A stretch of DNA of 64,000 bases, taken from a virus. Shown one piece after another: positions 1 to 8,981 of this stretch. Position numbers and translations under genes: made by a program. The stretch spans positions 9,189 to 73,188 of IMG/VR virus record IMGVR_UViG_3300013286_000013. The stretch is one strand, 5' to 3'. Under the pieces are notes generated by a model. That model searched no databases. It was not told the origin of the DNA and saw only the letters and a program-made list of their open reading frames with translations. The stretch's first letter is position 1. Each line of letters begins with the position of its first letter.

Positions 1-2635
1 CAACTGCATCTCGAGGAGTTATTGCATTTGTAATTTCGTTAACTGCTTTAAGGAAAGTAGATTTAAAATTTTGATAATCGTCTGATACTTTCTTCACAGC
101 GTTGATAATACTATGTTCTTTCAGTCCAATAAAAAAGTGTGCAAATGACAGAGGTTCGATATGGGAAATTAAGCGGGTGCCGTACTGTGCGGCATCACCT
201 AAGTCTCGCAAATTATTAAAACCCAGCGCCGATCCAAAGAAGTTGGGAATCTTTTCAGAAATAGATTGCAACTGATTCGTAAATTCTGCCAATGTCAATT
301 GTGCAATAGGACCATTCAACGGATTGTTTGTTAAACTTATGCTAGGCTCGTATACTCCATTCTCGTTAGGAATTGCAGTTGTATAGAGTTTAAACAAGAC
401 TCTACTTGAGATAGGTAAATTATTATAGAAGACTACAAATAAGTATTGGTTCTGCGGAACAATCTCAAATTCAATATATTGTATTTTTTTGATACCATTT
501 ACAAATACATCTATTTTTAAATCATTTTGCCATCCCGGATAATTGACCGCATTAACTTCCACGTTCGATGTTGCTATCTCAATCACCTGATACTGTAAAA
601 TAGCTATAGGAAGATTAATTGACGGCGTCCAGGCATTTACATATTTTGTCGATACCCCGTTTGATATTTTTAAAAATCCGGATGACACAGGCACGATCGA
701 AGTTCCTGTAGCTGATGCTACAGAAAATGTGTCTGTATTAAAATAGTTTGTGAAAAGAAAGTCACCAATATTCGCAACATTGAGATATTTTAAATCAAGG
801 CCCAACACCGGGTCGTGTATGGTACCTTTGGTATAGCCGAATAATTTAGTTCCGGAAAAATTTCCAGGATAATAGGCTGTGTTGCTGTAGCTTATTCCGT
901 TGGCATCAAATAGGTCAAATACGGGAGCTTGGTTTAACCCTGTTTTCTGTTGGGCCAATATCCAACTCTTGCCATCCCACCACCAACTAGATCCCTTGTA
1001 TTCGGATCCTTCTGCTGTAACAACTGTATCTCCAACTGTGGGATTAGAAGCTATATCCTCAACTAGATTAACAATTTGGTTTCCGTTGACAGTTTCTATT
1101 TTGACTACAAAAGTTTTTCCTCTTACTAAAGTATCTTCGTCAGCGTTAAAAATAACTCGATAGCCTTCTTGTAATAATACTCCGTCAATATAGTACCCTG
1201 CACTGCCTTCAACTGTAAAAAATGCATTAGCTGTTATCGTATCTATTAGATGAACATTGGTTTTTGCTGTTGTGCCAAAATTAAATAATTTAATGTTAGG
1301 TTGAAATTCAATGATAGGGCGGCGAGCACGTTTGTCTTGCGGAAATACTGCAGGTACACCATTCGCTTTAGCAGATGCCGAAATAATTCCAGCATGGAAC
1401 CAGCGGTTATATCTAGACCAGGGATTTCTATCAGCACTGGCTCGATTGATTGTCACATAGTCCGGGGTAATTGGGGCATTTTTAAAATCATCAAATGGGA
1501 ACTCATCAAATTTTTGCGCATCAAAGTTAGTGTTGAGACTATTTGATAGATCAACACTATTTTGCAAGCTATCAAAATCTGTTAGATTAATAGCAGTGCC
1601 AACACCTTCAACTATCCAACGCTTCTTTGCATAAGACTGAGGAACTACGCTATCTGGAAAGTATATTACCATTCCGTTTGACAGCTGGATATTGTTACCG
1701 GAGTTGTATGTTTTTTTACCTATAAGATCTGCTTCAACGTTCAATTCTGTATTTTCTAATATAGACTTAACAACAATTTTTCCTGCTACACGAGTATCGT
1801 CGCCTGCTACGTAATATAGAACGTCTGGTGTTAGGTCATCGATAGTGACAATAATCTGTCCATCTTTGGAACCATTATTAAGCACTCCGGAGTACTGATC
1901 TGCCTGACCGTATGATAGTGCTGTCTTAATATAGAGATTATGCACCGAAGTAACATTTAGCACATAGGTTAATCCCCTATAAAAAGTTACAGTAGGATCT
2001 GGTGTTAATCCATTAGGAGTAAAGATAAAAACAGTAGCATTATTTGTGTCGCTGATTATTTTTTGATCAATAGTTGTAAAAGTATTAACAGTTGCGCCGC
2101 CGTCCGTAACAGTATATGTACTAACTGTGGACTTTTGTATGCCTGTGATTTCTATAGGATCAGGGCCGGCTTCTAACCAATAGTATTGAGTATAGTTTAC
2201 GAATTTATCAATGTCTATCTTGGGATCATAAGAGTATACAGTAGGTCTAAGAATTTTATCATGATTGTCGGTAGTGGCATTGTAATATGATAATTGGTTT
2301 AAAAAGTCATCATAGCTTATCGCATGTGTTATGTTATTGCTGTCATCTCTAATAATTAGACCAGGATCTAATTGGTAATCTTGTGTTAATTTTGACACAC
2401 TACCGATATACTGATCTTTTAATGGATTGTATGTTGATGTAATTTTGCTTCCAACATATCCGCTAATTCTTTCAACTCGAGGAACCTCAACTAACCTATC
2501 CAAGGTACTTGATAAGAATTTTATATTTTTATCTGTCTTGAGATATTCGGGTAATAAATCGCTGGTCTTTCTCGTGTGACTGGGATCGTTTAAGTTGTAA
2601 ACGTCAGTTAATTCGTTTCGTGTATTTTTTGCCAT
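1..2635 (-). CDS. Large baseplate wedge/structural protein, partial (runs off left edge)
   Basis: Not in the ORF track because it has no stop in the window. ATG at 2635 (-) reads MAKNTRNELTDVYNLNDPSHTRKTSDLLPEYLKTDKNIKFLSSTLDRLV...DIDKFVNYTQYYWLEAGP. It lies directly after the gp6-like gene. Function is inferred from context. Confidence 0.75.
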   Translation of the reverse strand, partial: MAKNTRNELTDVYNLNDPSHTRKTSDLLPEYLKTDKNIKFLSSTLDRLVEVPRVERISGYVGSKITSTYNPLKDQYIGSVSKLTQDYQLDPGLIIRDDSNNITHAISYDDFLNQLSYYNATTDNHDKILRPTVYSYDPKIDIDKFVNYTQYYWLEAGPDPIEITGIQKSTVSTYTVTDGGATVNTFTTIDQKIISDTNNATVFIFTPNGLTPDPTVTFYRGLTYVLNVTSVHNLYIKTALSYGQADQYSGVLNNGSKDGQIIVTIDDLTPDVLYYVAGDDTRVAGKIVVKSILENTELNVEADLIGKKTYNSGNNIQLSNGMVIYFPDSVVPQSYAKKRWIVEGVGTAINLTDFDSLQNSVDLSNSLNTNFDAQKFDEFPFDDFKNAPITPDYVTINRASADRNPWSRYNRWFHAGIISASAKANGVPAVFPQDKRARRPIIEFQPNIKLFNFGTTAKTNVHLIDTITANAFFTVEGSAGYYIDGVLLQEGYRVIFNADEDTLVRGKTFVVKIETVNGNQIVNLVEDIASNPTVGDTVVTAEGSEYKGSSWWWDGKSWILAQQKTGLNQAPVFDLFDANGISYSNTAYYPGNFSGTKLFGYTKGTIHDPVLGLDLKYLNVANIGDFLFTNYFNTDTFSVASATGTSIVPVSSGFLKISNGVSTKYVNAWTPSINLPIAILQYQVIEIATSNVEVNAVNYPGWQNDLKIDVFVNGIKKIQYIEFEIVPQNQYLFVVFYNNLPISSRVLFKLYTTAIPNENGVYEPSISLTNNPLNGPIAQLTLAEFTNQLQSISEKIPNFFGSALGFNNLRDLGDAAQYGTRLISHIEPLSFAHFFIGLKEHSIINAVKKVSDDYQNFKSTFLKAVNEITNAITPRDAV

Positions 2636-2645
2636 TTTTAAATTC

Positions 2646-5600
2646 TTATACGATAGATAGTCTTGAAGGAGTCAATGCTGTGATAATTTCTATATCCGCC
2701 ACGGCGGCTCCGCTTACAAATATTTCGTTACTCTGGCAAGCTATTTCAAATAGATTACCGAAAGACGAACCATTCTTAGAAACGATAATAAAGTTTGTAA
2801 TATCAGGTGTCATCATGTTCATAACGTAGGTAGATAACTCACTGAAATTAAACGAATCACCAAAATTCCAATTGTCGAGGGCGAAGAATTCATTAATTAG
2901 AGAAATAATTCTAGTTTTTAAATTATTATCATTAATAGGAATATTAGGATTTTTTACAGCTCTAAATGTTGCCTGTAGATTTAATTCTGCGGCTGGTCCA
3001 AATAAAATTTTATATTTTGCAGGATGATATATAATCGTGTCTGATATACTTTTTATAGGATTGAGATATTGACTATAGGTATCTTCGAGTGTAGCTGTCG
3101 TCGGAGGCTGAGGTTCCATTTTAGTAGTGTCTAACAACCACATTCTGTAAGCAGTATCATAACCTTTGGTTAGCATATAGATATCAATGATGTTTGATTT
3201 AGCAGGATCTATACGCTTCTCTTCTCCGCTGTTATGAATATAATGAAATTTTAAATTGCTACGACCTGCACGAGCAAAGAACTGCGGTTGCAGTAGATAG
3301 GCTAGGTTTTCTGCAGAATATTGTTTAACTACATCTGCCGAATAGAAATAATACAACTGACCATCTATTGGAGAATCTACATAGCTTTCGTCGGGGTATG
3401 CAATAAACTTGCTGAAGGGATAAAGTTGATATCTTGAGCCGTCTTTCATTAATTGAAAATATACGAAGTTTCCAAGGAACCCTGTTTGCACTAAGGTATT
3501 TTGACTGTCGGTAATGATTGCAAAACTATCAGGATCGTCTATTTGTCCGTTATTTTTAGAATCATAGAAACTAATCAAAATCTTTTTAGGTTCTACGTAT
3601 CCGTCATTTTCAACTATAGATTCATCAACTTGCCATGAATGATCTTTACCTAATTCGTTGATAGTCTGTCCTGCAGGTATTACTATCCAGGCGCCGTTTA
3701 TTTTTCTACTTACAATATCATTAAGTGTATTAAGATAGAAATCTCCATTGACTCCTAGGGTTGATTGTGGGGTGGCCGAGCCGTGTCGCCATGTATTTCC
3801 TAGATTAGGAATCGTATTAATACCTAATACAGAAATTTTGTCTTTGATAGTAGTATTGGAAACATAATCAAAATTATTTTTATAATCATCTATAAAGAAT
3901 GAAGTTTGTTCTGCACTTTCAAATACATAATTTGTTTTTCTATAGAATGCAGTATAAGAAGTGCCAGTCCACTGAAACGCAAAAATCCAAGATGAATCAA
4001 CATTTTGATTGGTAACATCTCCTTGGTATATTAGACTGAACTTAGTTTGTAGATCAATATTAGTATCCGTAACTATATACCATGCTCGAGTAAGCCTATC
4101 GAAACTTAATCCAAAGTTAAGTTTTCCTACCATTTGATTTACAATTTGGTTTTCCAGAGCGAACGGTAAACTTGTAACAAGTTGCGGAATTATCTCAACT
4201 GGGATAGAACCGTCAGCTATGAACCCTGTTAGTACTATTGGACCGGTGCCGTCATTTAAGAGACCGTTGCCACTATTTGACCCGTCACCGGTTACTAGAG
4301 ATACTCGTGCCCAGGTGTATGTGCGTGTTGTAGAGTCAGCTTGGTCAGTTAGTCTTCCTGATGGTAGATAATATTTTCCTGCAGGTGGCTGAAATTTAAT
4401 CAGGGCGCCACCTGTAATATATTGTGTATTACTACTGCTGAAATATCCAACTTGCTGTGGTGTTGTGGTGCCGCTGGCAAAATCGTATTTGTCTTTGAAA
4501 TAGCCACGGACCTGCCCAGATTCAGTCTGTGCAAGAGTCCAACTGATGTTGATGTTTGACAAGTCTGGTCTTGGATATTTGTCAAAGTAGAAATTTCTAG
4601 TTGTTGGGTTTTCAAGCAATGGTTCAATTTTAGATTTCAAAACACCAAATGCTTGATTACGATTATCAAATGTAAATGTAAAACTCAGCTGTTGATCTTC
4701 TTTATAAATTATCCCATCCTGAGCATATATATCTGTTTGACTGTACCTGCCTGTGACATCATTGAGATCAAAGTATTTGCTAATTCCAGAACTCTGTCTG
4801 TTGATACTTTTAACTTTGATAACGTCCGATGCAACGGTAACTGGTCCGATATTATAATCCTCTCCTGTTATCATTCTATTTTGTAGATAATAATTTTGAG
4901 GAGCCTTTTGTTTGATAGATAAATCTGTTTCTGCAGGCGAACTATTGTAGACAGAATATTGCAAACTCAATGTCAATGACAAAGATTGCGTTTGTCCTGC
5001 ACTGTTTACATAGGGTATTCTTACTGACAGGCCGTTGATGTCTGATGGTGAAATCGTATATCTTAATCCGTTGCTCTGTCTATAATACAATGCAAACTTA
5101 CCTTTAGGTAGATCACCAAAGTTGCCATCTGCAAAGTTTAAATCAATTTGATCATTGATCCTAGAAGTAACAGCATATAAAGTTCTTGTGTTTAAATTTA
5201 AACTATTATAGATAACGTTATTGCCCACCGTAGCCTCAACTTTAGACCACTCTCTATCGTAGGCTCCGTTCGCACTCAGTTGCCACAGCCAAACGTCACT
5301 ATTGTTGATATCAGTAGCATTGATACCAACAATTTCATTTGGAACTGGATTATCAACAGAGAACGAAGTGCTGTTTAAGGATCCCTGTTTAAAATGCATA
5401 AAGAATCCAGTATTTTTTGCACCTGCTCCTTGATTGTCATTCCTCCAAATTATGCCAGTCTGTCTTCCGGGCAGTGGAGATTCTTCATATATGTAAGTTT
5501 TATCTTTAAAGGTTGCACTTACCAATTCAAACGCCATGGCCAATCCGCTGATAGATTTATTAAAAGTATATACAGGAGCACCAGTTTGATCTGTGTTTAT

Positions 5601-6161
5601 TCTATATTGTTCTGTTGAAATTCCGCCAATGGTATCTGACAGGGCTGGAGACCCAAATGCCATACCGGACGGCATTGCAGAATTCATGACTAGAATCCAC
5701 TGCTGATACCAGTTATTATTAGAAGGATCATCCCAGCTGATAATTTGATTGGCAAGATTGATTCCGTTGTTGTCAGTAATAGAATCTGTCGTGCTGATGG
5801 CGGTAATTTTTAAAAGCCCGCTGGCTGGTGTATTTCTTTGTGCATTGTAACTGATCAGCTGTGCTAAACGTAGGATACTATCTCGGCGCTGGGCTGTTTC
5901 TAGAAAGTTTTCACGAGCATTTAAATCAACACGGAAACTTAAATTCTGACCTAGATAACAGATGAGATCTACCAAGGCAATAAACTCAGAACTTTCAATG
6001 TAGTCATTGAAGTTCTCAGGATAATTTGCTTTTAGATATTGAACTGCTGATCGACGAAGAGTATCGTAGTCATACGATTTGAAATCTGCATTATTAAAGG
6101 ATTGGTAGATCTTAGTCCAATCTTCTGCGACAAGTAGTTTTGAGTTAGTTGCTGGTATCAT
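2646..6161 (-). CDS. Baseplate wedge subunit, T4 gp6-like, extended
   Basis: 1171-aa ORF. N-terminus has DFKSYDYDTLRR..YPENFNDYIESSEFIALVDLICY..ENFLETAQRRDSILRLAQLISY; internal LNFADGNFG and QNRMITGEDY motifs are typical of gp6/baseplate-J family. Adjacent to gp25-like gene. Confidence 0.85.
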   Translation of the reverse strand: MIPATNSKLLVAEDWTKIYQSFNNADFKSYDYDTLRRSAVQYLKANYPENFNDYIESSEFIALVDLICYLGQNLSFRVDLNARENFLETAQRRDSILRLAQLISYNAQRNTPASGLLKITAISTTDSITDNNGINLANQIISWDDPSNNNWYQQWILVMNSAMPSGMAFGSPALSDTIGGISTEQYRINTDQTGAPVYTFNKSISGLAMAFELVSATFKDKTYIYEESPLPGRQTGIIWRNDNQGAGAKNTGFFMHFKQGSLNSTSFSVDNPVPNEIVGINATDINNSDVWLWQLSANGAYDREWSKVEATVGNNVIYNSLNLNTRTLYAVTSRINDQIDLNFADGNFGDLPKGKFALYYRQSNGLRYTISPSDINGLSVRIPYVNSAGQTQSLSLTLSLQYSVYNSSPAETDLSIKQKAPQNYYLQNRMITGEDYNIGPVTVASDVIKVKSINRQSSGISKYFDLNDVTGRYSQTDIYAQDGIIYKEDQQLSFTFTFDNRNQAFGVLKSKIEPLLENPTTRNFYFDKYPRPDLSNINISWTLAQTESGQVRGYFKDKYDFASGTTTPQQVGYFSSSNTQYITGGALIKFQPPAGKYYLPSGRLTDQADSTTRTYTWARVSLVTGDGSNSGNGLLNDGTGPIVLTGFIADGSIPVEIIPQLVTSLPFALENQIVNQMVGKLNFGLSFDRLTRAWYIVTDTNIDLQTKFSLIYQGDVTNQNVDSSWIFAFQWTGTSYTAFYRKTNYVFESAEQTSFFIDDYKNNFDYVSNTTIKDKISVLGINTIPNLGNTWRHGSATPQSTLGVNGDFYLNTLNDIVSRKINGAWIVIPAGQTINELGKDHSWQVDESIVENDGYVEPKKILISFYDSKNNGQIDDPDSFAIITDSQNTLVQTGFLGNFVYFQLMKDGSRYQLYPFSKFIAYPDESYVDSPIDGQLYYFYSADVVKQYSAENLAYLLQPQFFARAGRSNLKFHYIHNSGEEKRIDPAKSNIIDIYMLTKGYDTAYRMWLLDTTKMEPQPPTTATLEDTYSQYLNPIKSISDTIIYHPAKYKILFGPAAELNLQATFRAVKNPNIPINDNNLKTRIISLINEFFALDNWNFGDSFNFSELSTYVMNMMTPDITNFIIVSKNGSSFGNLFEIACQSNEIFVSGAAVADIEIITALTPSRLSIV

Positions 6162-6185
6162 ATATGTTATGCCATTTGGATAACA

Positions 6186-6191
6186 TATTTA
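6186..6191 (-). promoter_or_regulatory. Late promoter core TAAATA upstream of gp6-like gene
   Basis: ATAAATA on - strand about 25 nt before ATG 6161; matches the core of the T4 gp55 promoter TATAAATA. Confidence 0.65.
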
Positions 6192-6213
6192 TTAGTAACA
6201 TAAACTACGTAGA

Positions 6214-6651
6214 TTATTGTAGTGATAATCCGGCTTGTTTATCAAAATTTAACCGCATCACATCAACTTGGCTGGTAGGTACAAATCTGAGATTAATTTC
6301 CAAGACTAGGCCAAATTCTGCTTCTGTTATGGTCACTGACATAATGTTGACCCTAGGATCTGATGCTACAATTTTTTGTATATCTTGCTCTATTTCGGCC
6401 CTTACTTCGTCAGTGAACGGATCGTACAGTTTGTCCCATATAATAGTACCCCAGCTAGGTTGCATTACCCGCTCGCCCTGACGTGTATTGAAATAGTTTA
6501 ACAGATCCTGCTTGACAATATCAAAATCATACAGCGTCACAGTTCTTGACATGGGATCTTGCGTGGAGAATCCTACATAAAACTGAGATGTTTGTTCTTT
6601 ATTTTGCTCGCTATAATTAGCAGGCTTGATTATGATATTTTTATATGGCAT
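6214..6651 (-). CDS. Baseplate wedge subunit, gp25-like
   Basis: VKQDLLNYFNTRQGERVMQPSWGTIIWDKLYDP...IVASDPRV is the gp25/GPW family signature. Confidence 0.9.
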   Translation of the reverse strand: MPYKNIIIKPANYSEQNKEQTSQFYVGFSTQDPMSRTVTLYDFDIVKQDLLNYFNTRQGERVMQPSWGTIIWDKLYDPFTDEVRAEIEQDIQKIVASDPRVNIMSVTITEAEFGLVLEINLRFVPTSQVDVMRLNFDKQAGLSLQ

Positions 6652-6656
6652 GCGTA

Positions 6657-6662
6657 TATTTA
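6657..6662 (-). promoter_or_regulatory. Late promoter TAAATA, 5 nt before the gp25-like ATG
   Basis: - strand reads TAAATA-TACGC-ATG and overlaps the gp5-like stop codon; no SD present. Confidence 0.65.
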
Positions 6663-8978
6663 AGCAACAAGTGTGCCTCCTCCTTCTCTAAAATATTGAG
6701 CTAATGTTGTAGTAGGAACTTCACGCTGTCCGTATCCTGCACCCTGAAAGCTGGCCCATATTTTTCTAATTTTGTATGCCGCTGAAGAAAACTTACCTGC
6801 TCTAACATCGTCCAGTGCATTGCGAGTTTGAAGAAGGTATATACATGCCTTGTCTTGACTTGCAGGACTAAAGTCAGGTAAGTTGCAGGCTTTTTTGCAG
6901 GTGTCCCAAGTGTCTGGCATAAACTGGTATGCGCCTGCGGCAGAAGATCTGAGTCTTGCTGGACCTAAAACAATTCTAGGATGATCTTTGTATTTGTAAC
7001 TTCTGTTAGTGTAACTATCACCGTTTTTATCATATGAGTTGCTACCATATGTATAAAATTTGAGTCCGTTATAGTTACCAGCTCCCGTAGGAGTAGTAAC
7101 TCCAGGGGGTAGACCTGCATTGTCAATGTCAAATAATGCGCTGGTATATTGTGTTCTATATCCATCTTTGCTGGCTGTGCCTTCTGCTCTGCGAATAGTC
7201 CACAAGAATGCCGCAATATTATCTTCTGCAAGATTACCTGTCTTGCTAGGTGGTGCGTAGGACGGATTTTTATTGTAAACAATATTAGCACCTGAAAAAG
7301 TATTTGTACCAGTATTTTCTGAATCAGTTCCGCCGAATCCAAATCTCTCAGGGTTAACGTTCTCATGATGCTCCCAAGGTTCGTGTGTTGGAACTCGAGT
7401 CATAATTGTAACAATATCTGCGGCTTTGTAAAATTCACCGTCGCTCCAGGATCCCGGAGGTTGTCTATTAGGTAAATTATATCTTTGAAGGGGTTCTGGT
7501 GCATCTGGGAAAGTTGGGGCATCAGCAGTAGCAGAATCGGGGGCAGGACCAGCTGTTGCCGCAGGACCATTAATGCCAAGTGCCGGAGATGTTAGGTACA
7601 ATGCCTGTTTCCCTAACACATTAATTTTCTTAGTTGCGGCAATTGAAATCGTATCATTTGCATTAAAACTAACAGATCCTTGACTTCCTAATTTTACTGT
7701 CTGGCCGCCGTTGATATTTAAATTGTCTGTTGCTTGAATAAAAGAATTAGTAGATCCCAATCTAAAATCACCATTTACTTTGATATTAGTGTTTCCGCCA
7801 GAAGCAAGATTTAAATTGTCGCCGCTTGCACTAATATGCATATCAGATTGTGCGCCAAGAAACATGTCACTTCCTGCGCTGATATGTAATTCCTTACTTG
7901 TCTGCATTTTTATATCATTTACTGCTAATCCATAAATGCTGTTGCCTGATTCTATTTGAAGGTTTTCTCCGCTGGTTATCTTCACAGCTCTACCTGCTTC
8001 AATATTGAAATCACGGTCAGCACGTAGGTTAAAATCTCCTTCTGCATGTAATGATATAGAATCGGCCGCATAGGCATCGATTTTGCCTTGACTTGTTAAT
8101 TCTATCCATGCTGTTCCTGCGGCATTGCCAATATAGATCAAATCACTACTATTGTGTAGCAATATCTGATGCCCTGTACGAGTACGAATTCTTATAAGCT
8201 CATTGAGATTGTCTTTATCCCCATCGTCCATTACAAACTGAGATCCGCCCATTCTACTTACGTAGGCTGTAGATTTTACATCAAATCCTATTTCCCCCGT
8301 TTTAGATCCTTTTGACTCGTCAATTGGACCAGGTGTGCTGATGCCAAACACGCTAGACGGGTATTCTCGTCTAGCTGAACTAGAAGTTATTCCCCGTATG
8401 TCATCTAAAATAAGACCTTGCGCCAGGAGTCGGTCTGCGAACGGGTGGACAGGCTTTGTGAACTTGTTGACATCTGAGCCCGATAAATCCCTACTACGCT
8501 TAAGAAATTCTCCAACTGGGAGATTTGTAGTTCCATATTTTCTTTCTTGTTCCGGAGTTAGTGCAACGTTGCGACTGGCTGCGATTCCAGGAACCATGTG
8601 ATTTTGATAAGTGTCAGGTATGCATCCAATCCAATAGCCTGCATTTGCCATTCCTCTAACGAATATAACCATAACGCATGAGCCAATGTCAGGAGGTACC
8701 ATCCACATACCGTATGATTTTTGTACATCATTAAAATCTGCCGAGTTGTTGCCTTCAAATCCACTCGAGGTTGTTCCCCAGAATGGGCTCATGTAATAGA
8801 CCGGAATAGTATTTGATTGCAAATTTGAATCGGCTGTTCCGCCTTCGTATAATAAAACTTCAAGACCGCCCATCAAAGTAGAATCTAGATGGTTTACTAC
8901 CCTTGCCAAGAAAGGACCGGCGCCAACAACTTGCCCTTCAAGCAACTTGTGTTTTGATTCGGTTGAATTGATTGCCAT
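6660..8978 (-). CDS. gp5/VgrG-like baseplate spike with C-terminal lambda-R-type lysozyme
   Basis: N-terminal OB-fold motif (SYGMWMVPPDIGSCVMVIF..YWIGC), then RTRTGHQILL and a beta-helix-like region. C-terminal AFLWTIRRAEGT..DHPR..SSAAGAYQF..TW..DFSPASQD..WASFQGAGYGQ matches lambda R/GH104 muramidases. Confidence 0.85.
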   Translation of the reverse strand: MAINSTESKHKLLEGQVVGAGPFLARVVNHLDSTLMGGLEVLLYEGGTADSNLQSNTIPVYYMSPFWGTTSSGFEGNNSADFNDVQKSYGMWMVPPDIGSCVMVIFVRGMANAGYWIGCIPDTYQNHMVPGIAASRNVALTPEQERKYGTTNLPVGEFLKRSRDLSGSDVNKFTKPVHPFADRLLAQGLILDDIRGITSSSARREYPSSVFGISTPGPIDESKGSKTGEIGFDVKSTAYVSRMGGSQFVMDDGDKDNLNELIRIRTRTGHQILLHNSSDLIYIGNAAGTAWIELTSQGKIDAYAADSISLHAEGDFNLRADRDFNIEAGRAVKITSGENLQIESGNSIYGLAVNDIKMQTSKELHISAGSDMFLGAQSDMHISASGDNLNLASGGNTNIKVNGDFRLGSTNSFIQATDNLNINGGQTVKLGSQGSVSFNANDTISIAATKKINVLGKQALYLTSPALGINGPAATAGPAPDSATADAPTFPDAPEPLQRYNLPNRQPPGSWSDGEFYKAADIVTIMTRVPTHEPWEHHENVNPERFGFGGTDSENTGTNTFSGANIVYNKNPSYAPPSKTGNLAEDNIAAFLWTIRRAEGTASKDGYRTQYTSALFDIDNAGLPPGVTTPTGAGNYNGLKFYTYGSNSYDKNGDSYTNRSYKYKDHPRIVLGPARLRSSAAGAYQFMPDTWDTCKKACNLPDFSPASQDKACIYLLQTRNALDDVRAGKFSSAAYKIRKIWASFQGAGYGQREVPTTTLAQYFREGGGTLVA

Positions 8979-8981
8979 ATA

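Noticed and set aside
900-2829. Short ORFs in the track (900-1163, 1246-1437, 1301-1546, 2620-2829)
   Set aside because: They overlap the long - strand reading frame 1-2635 or the gp6-like gene and are shadow ORFs.
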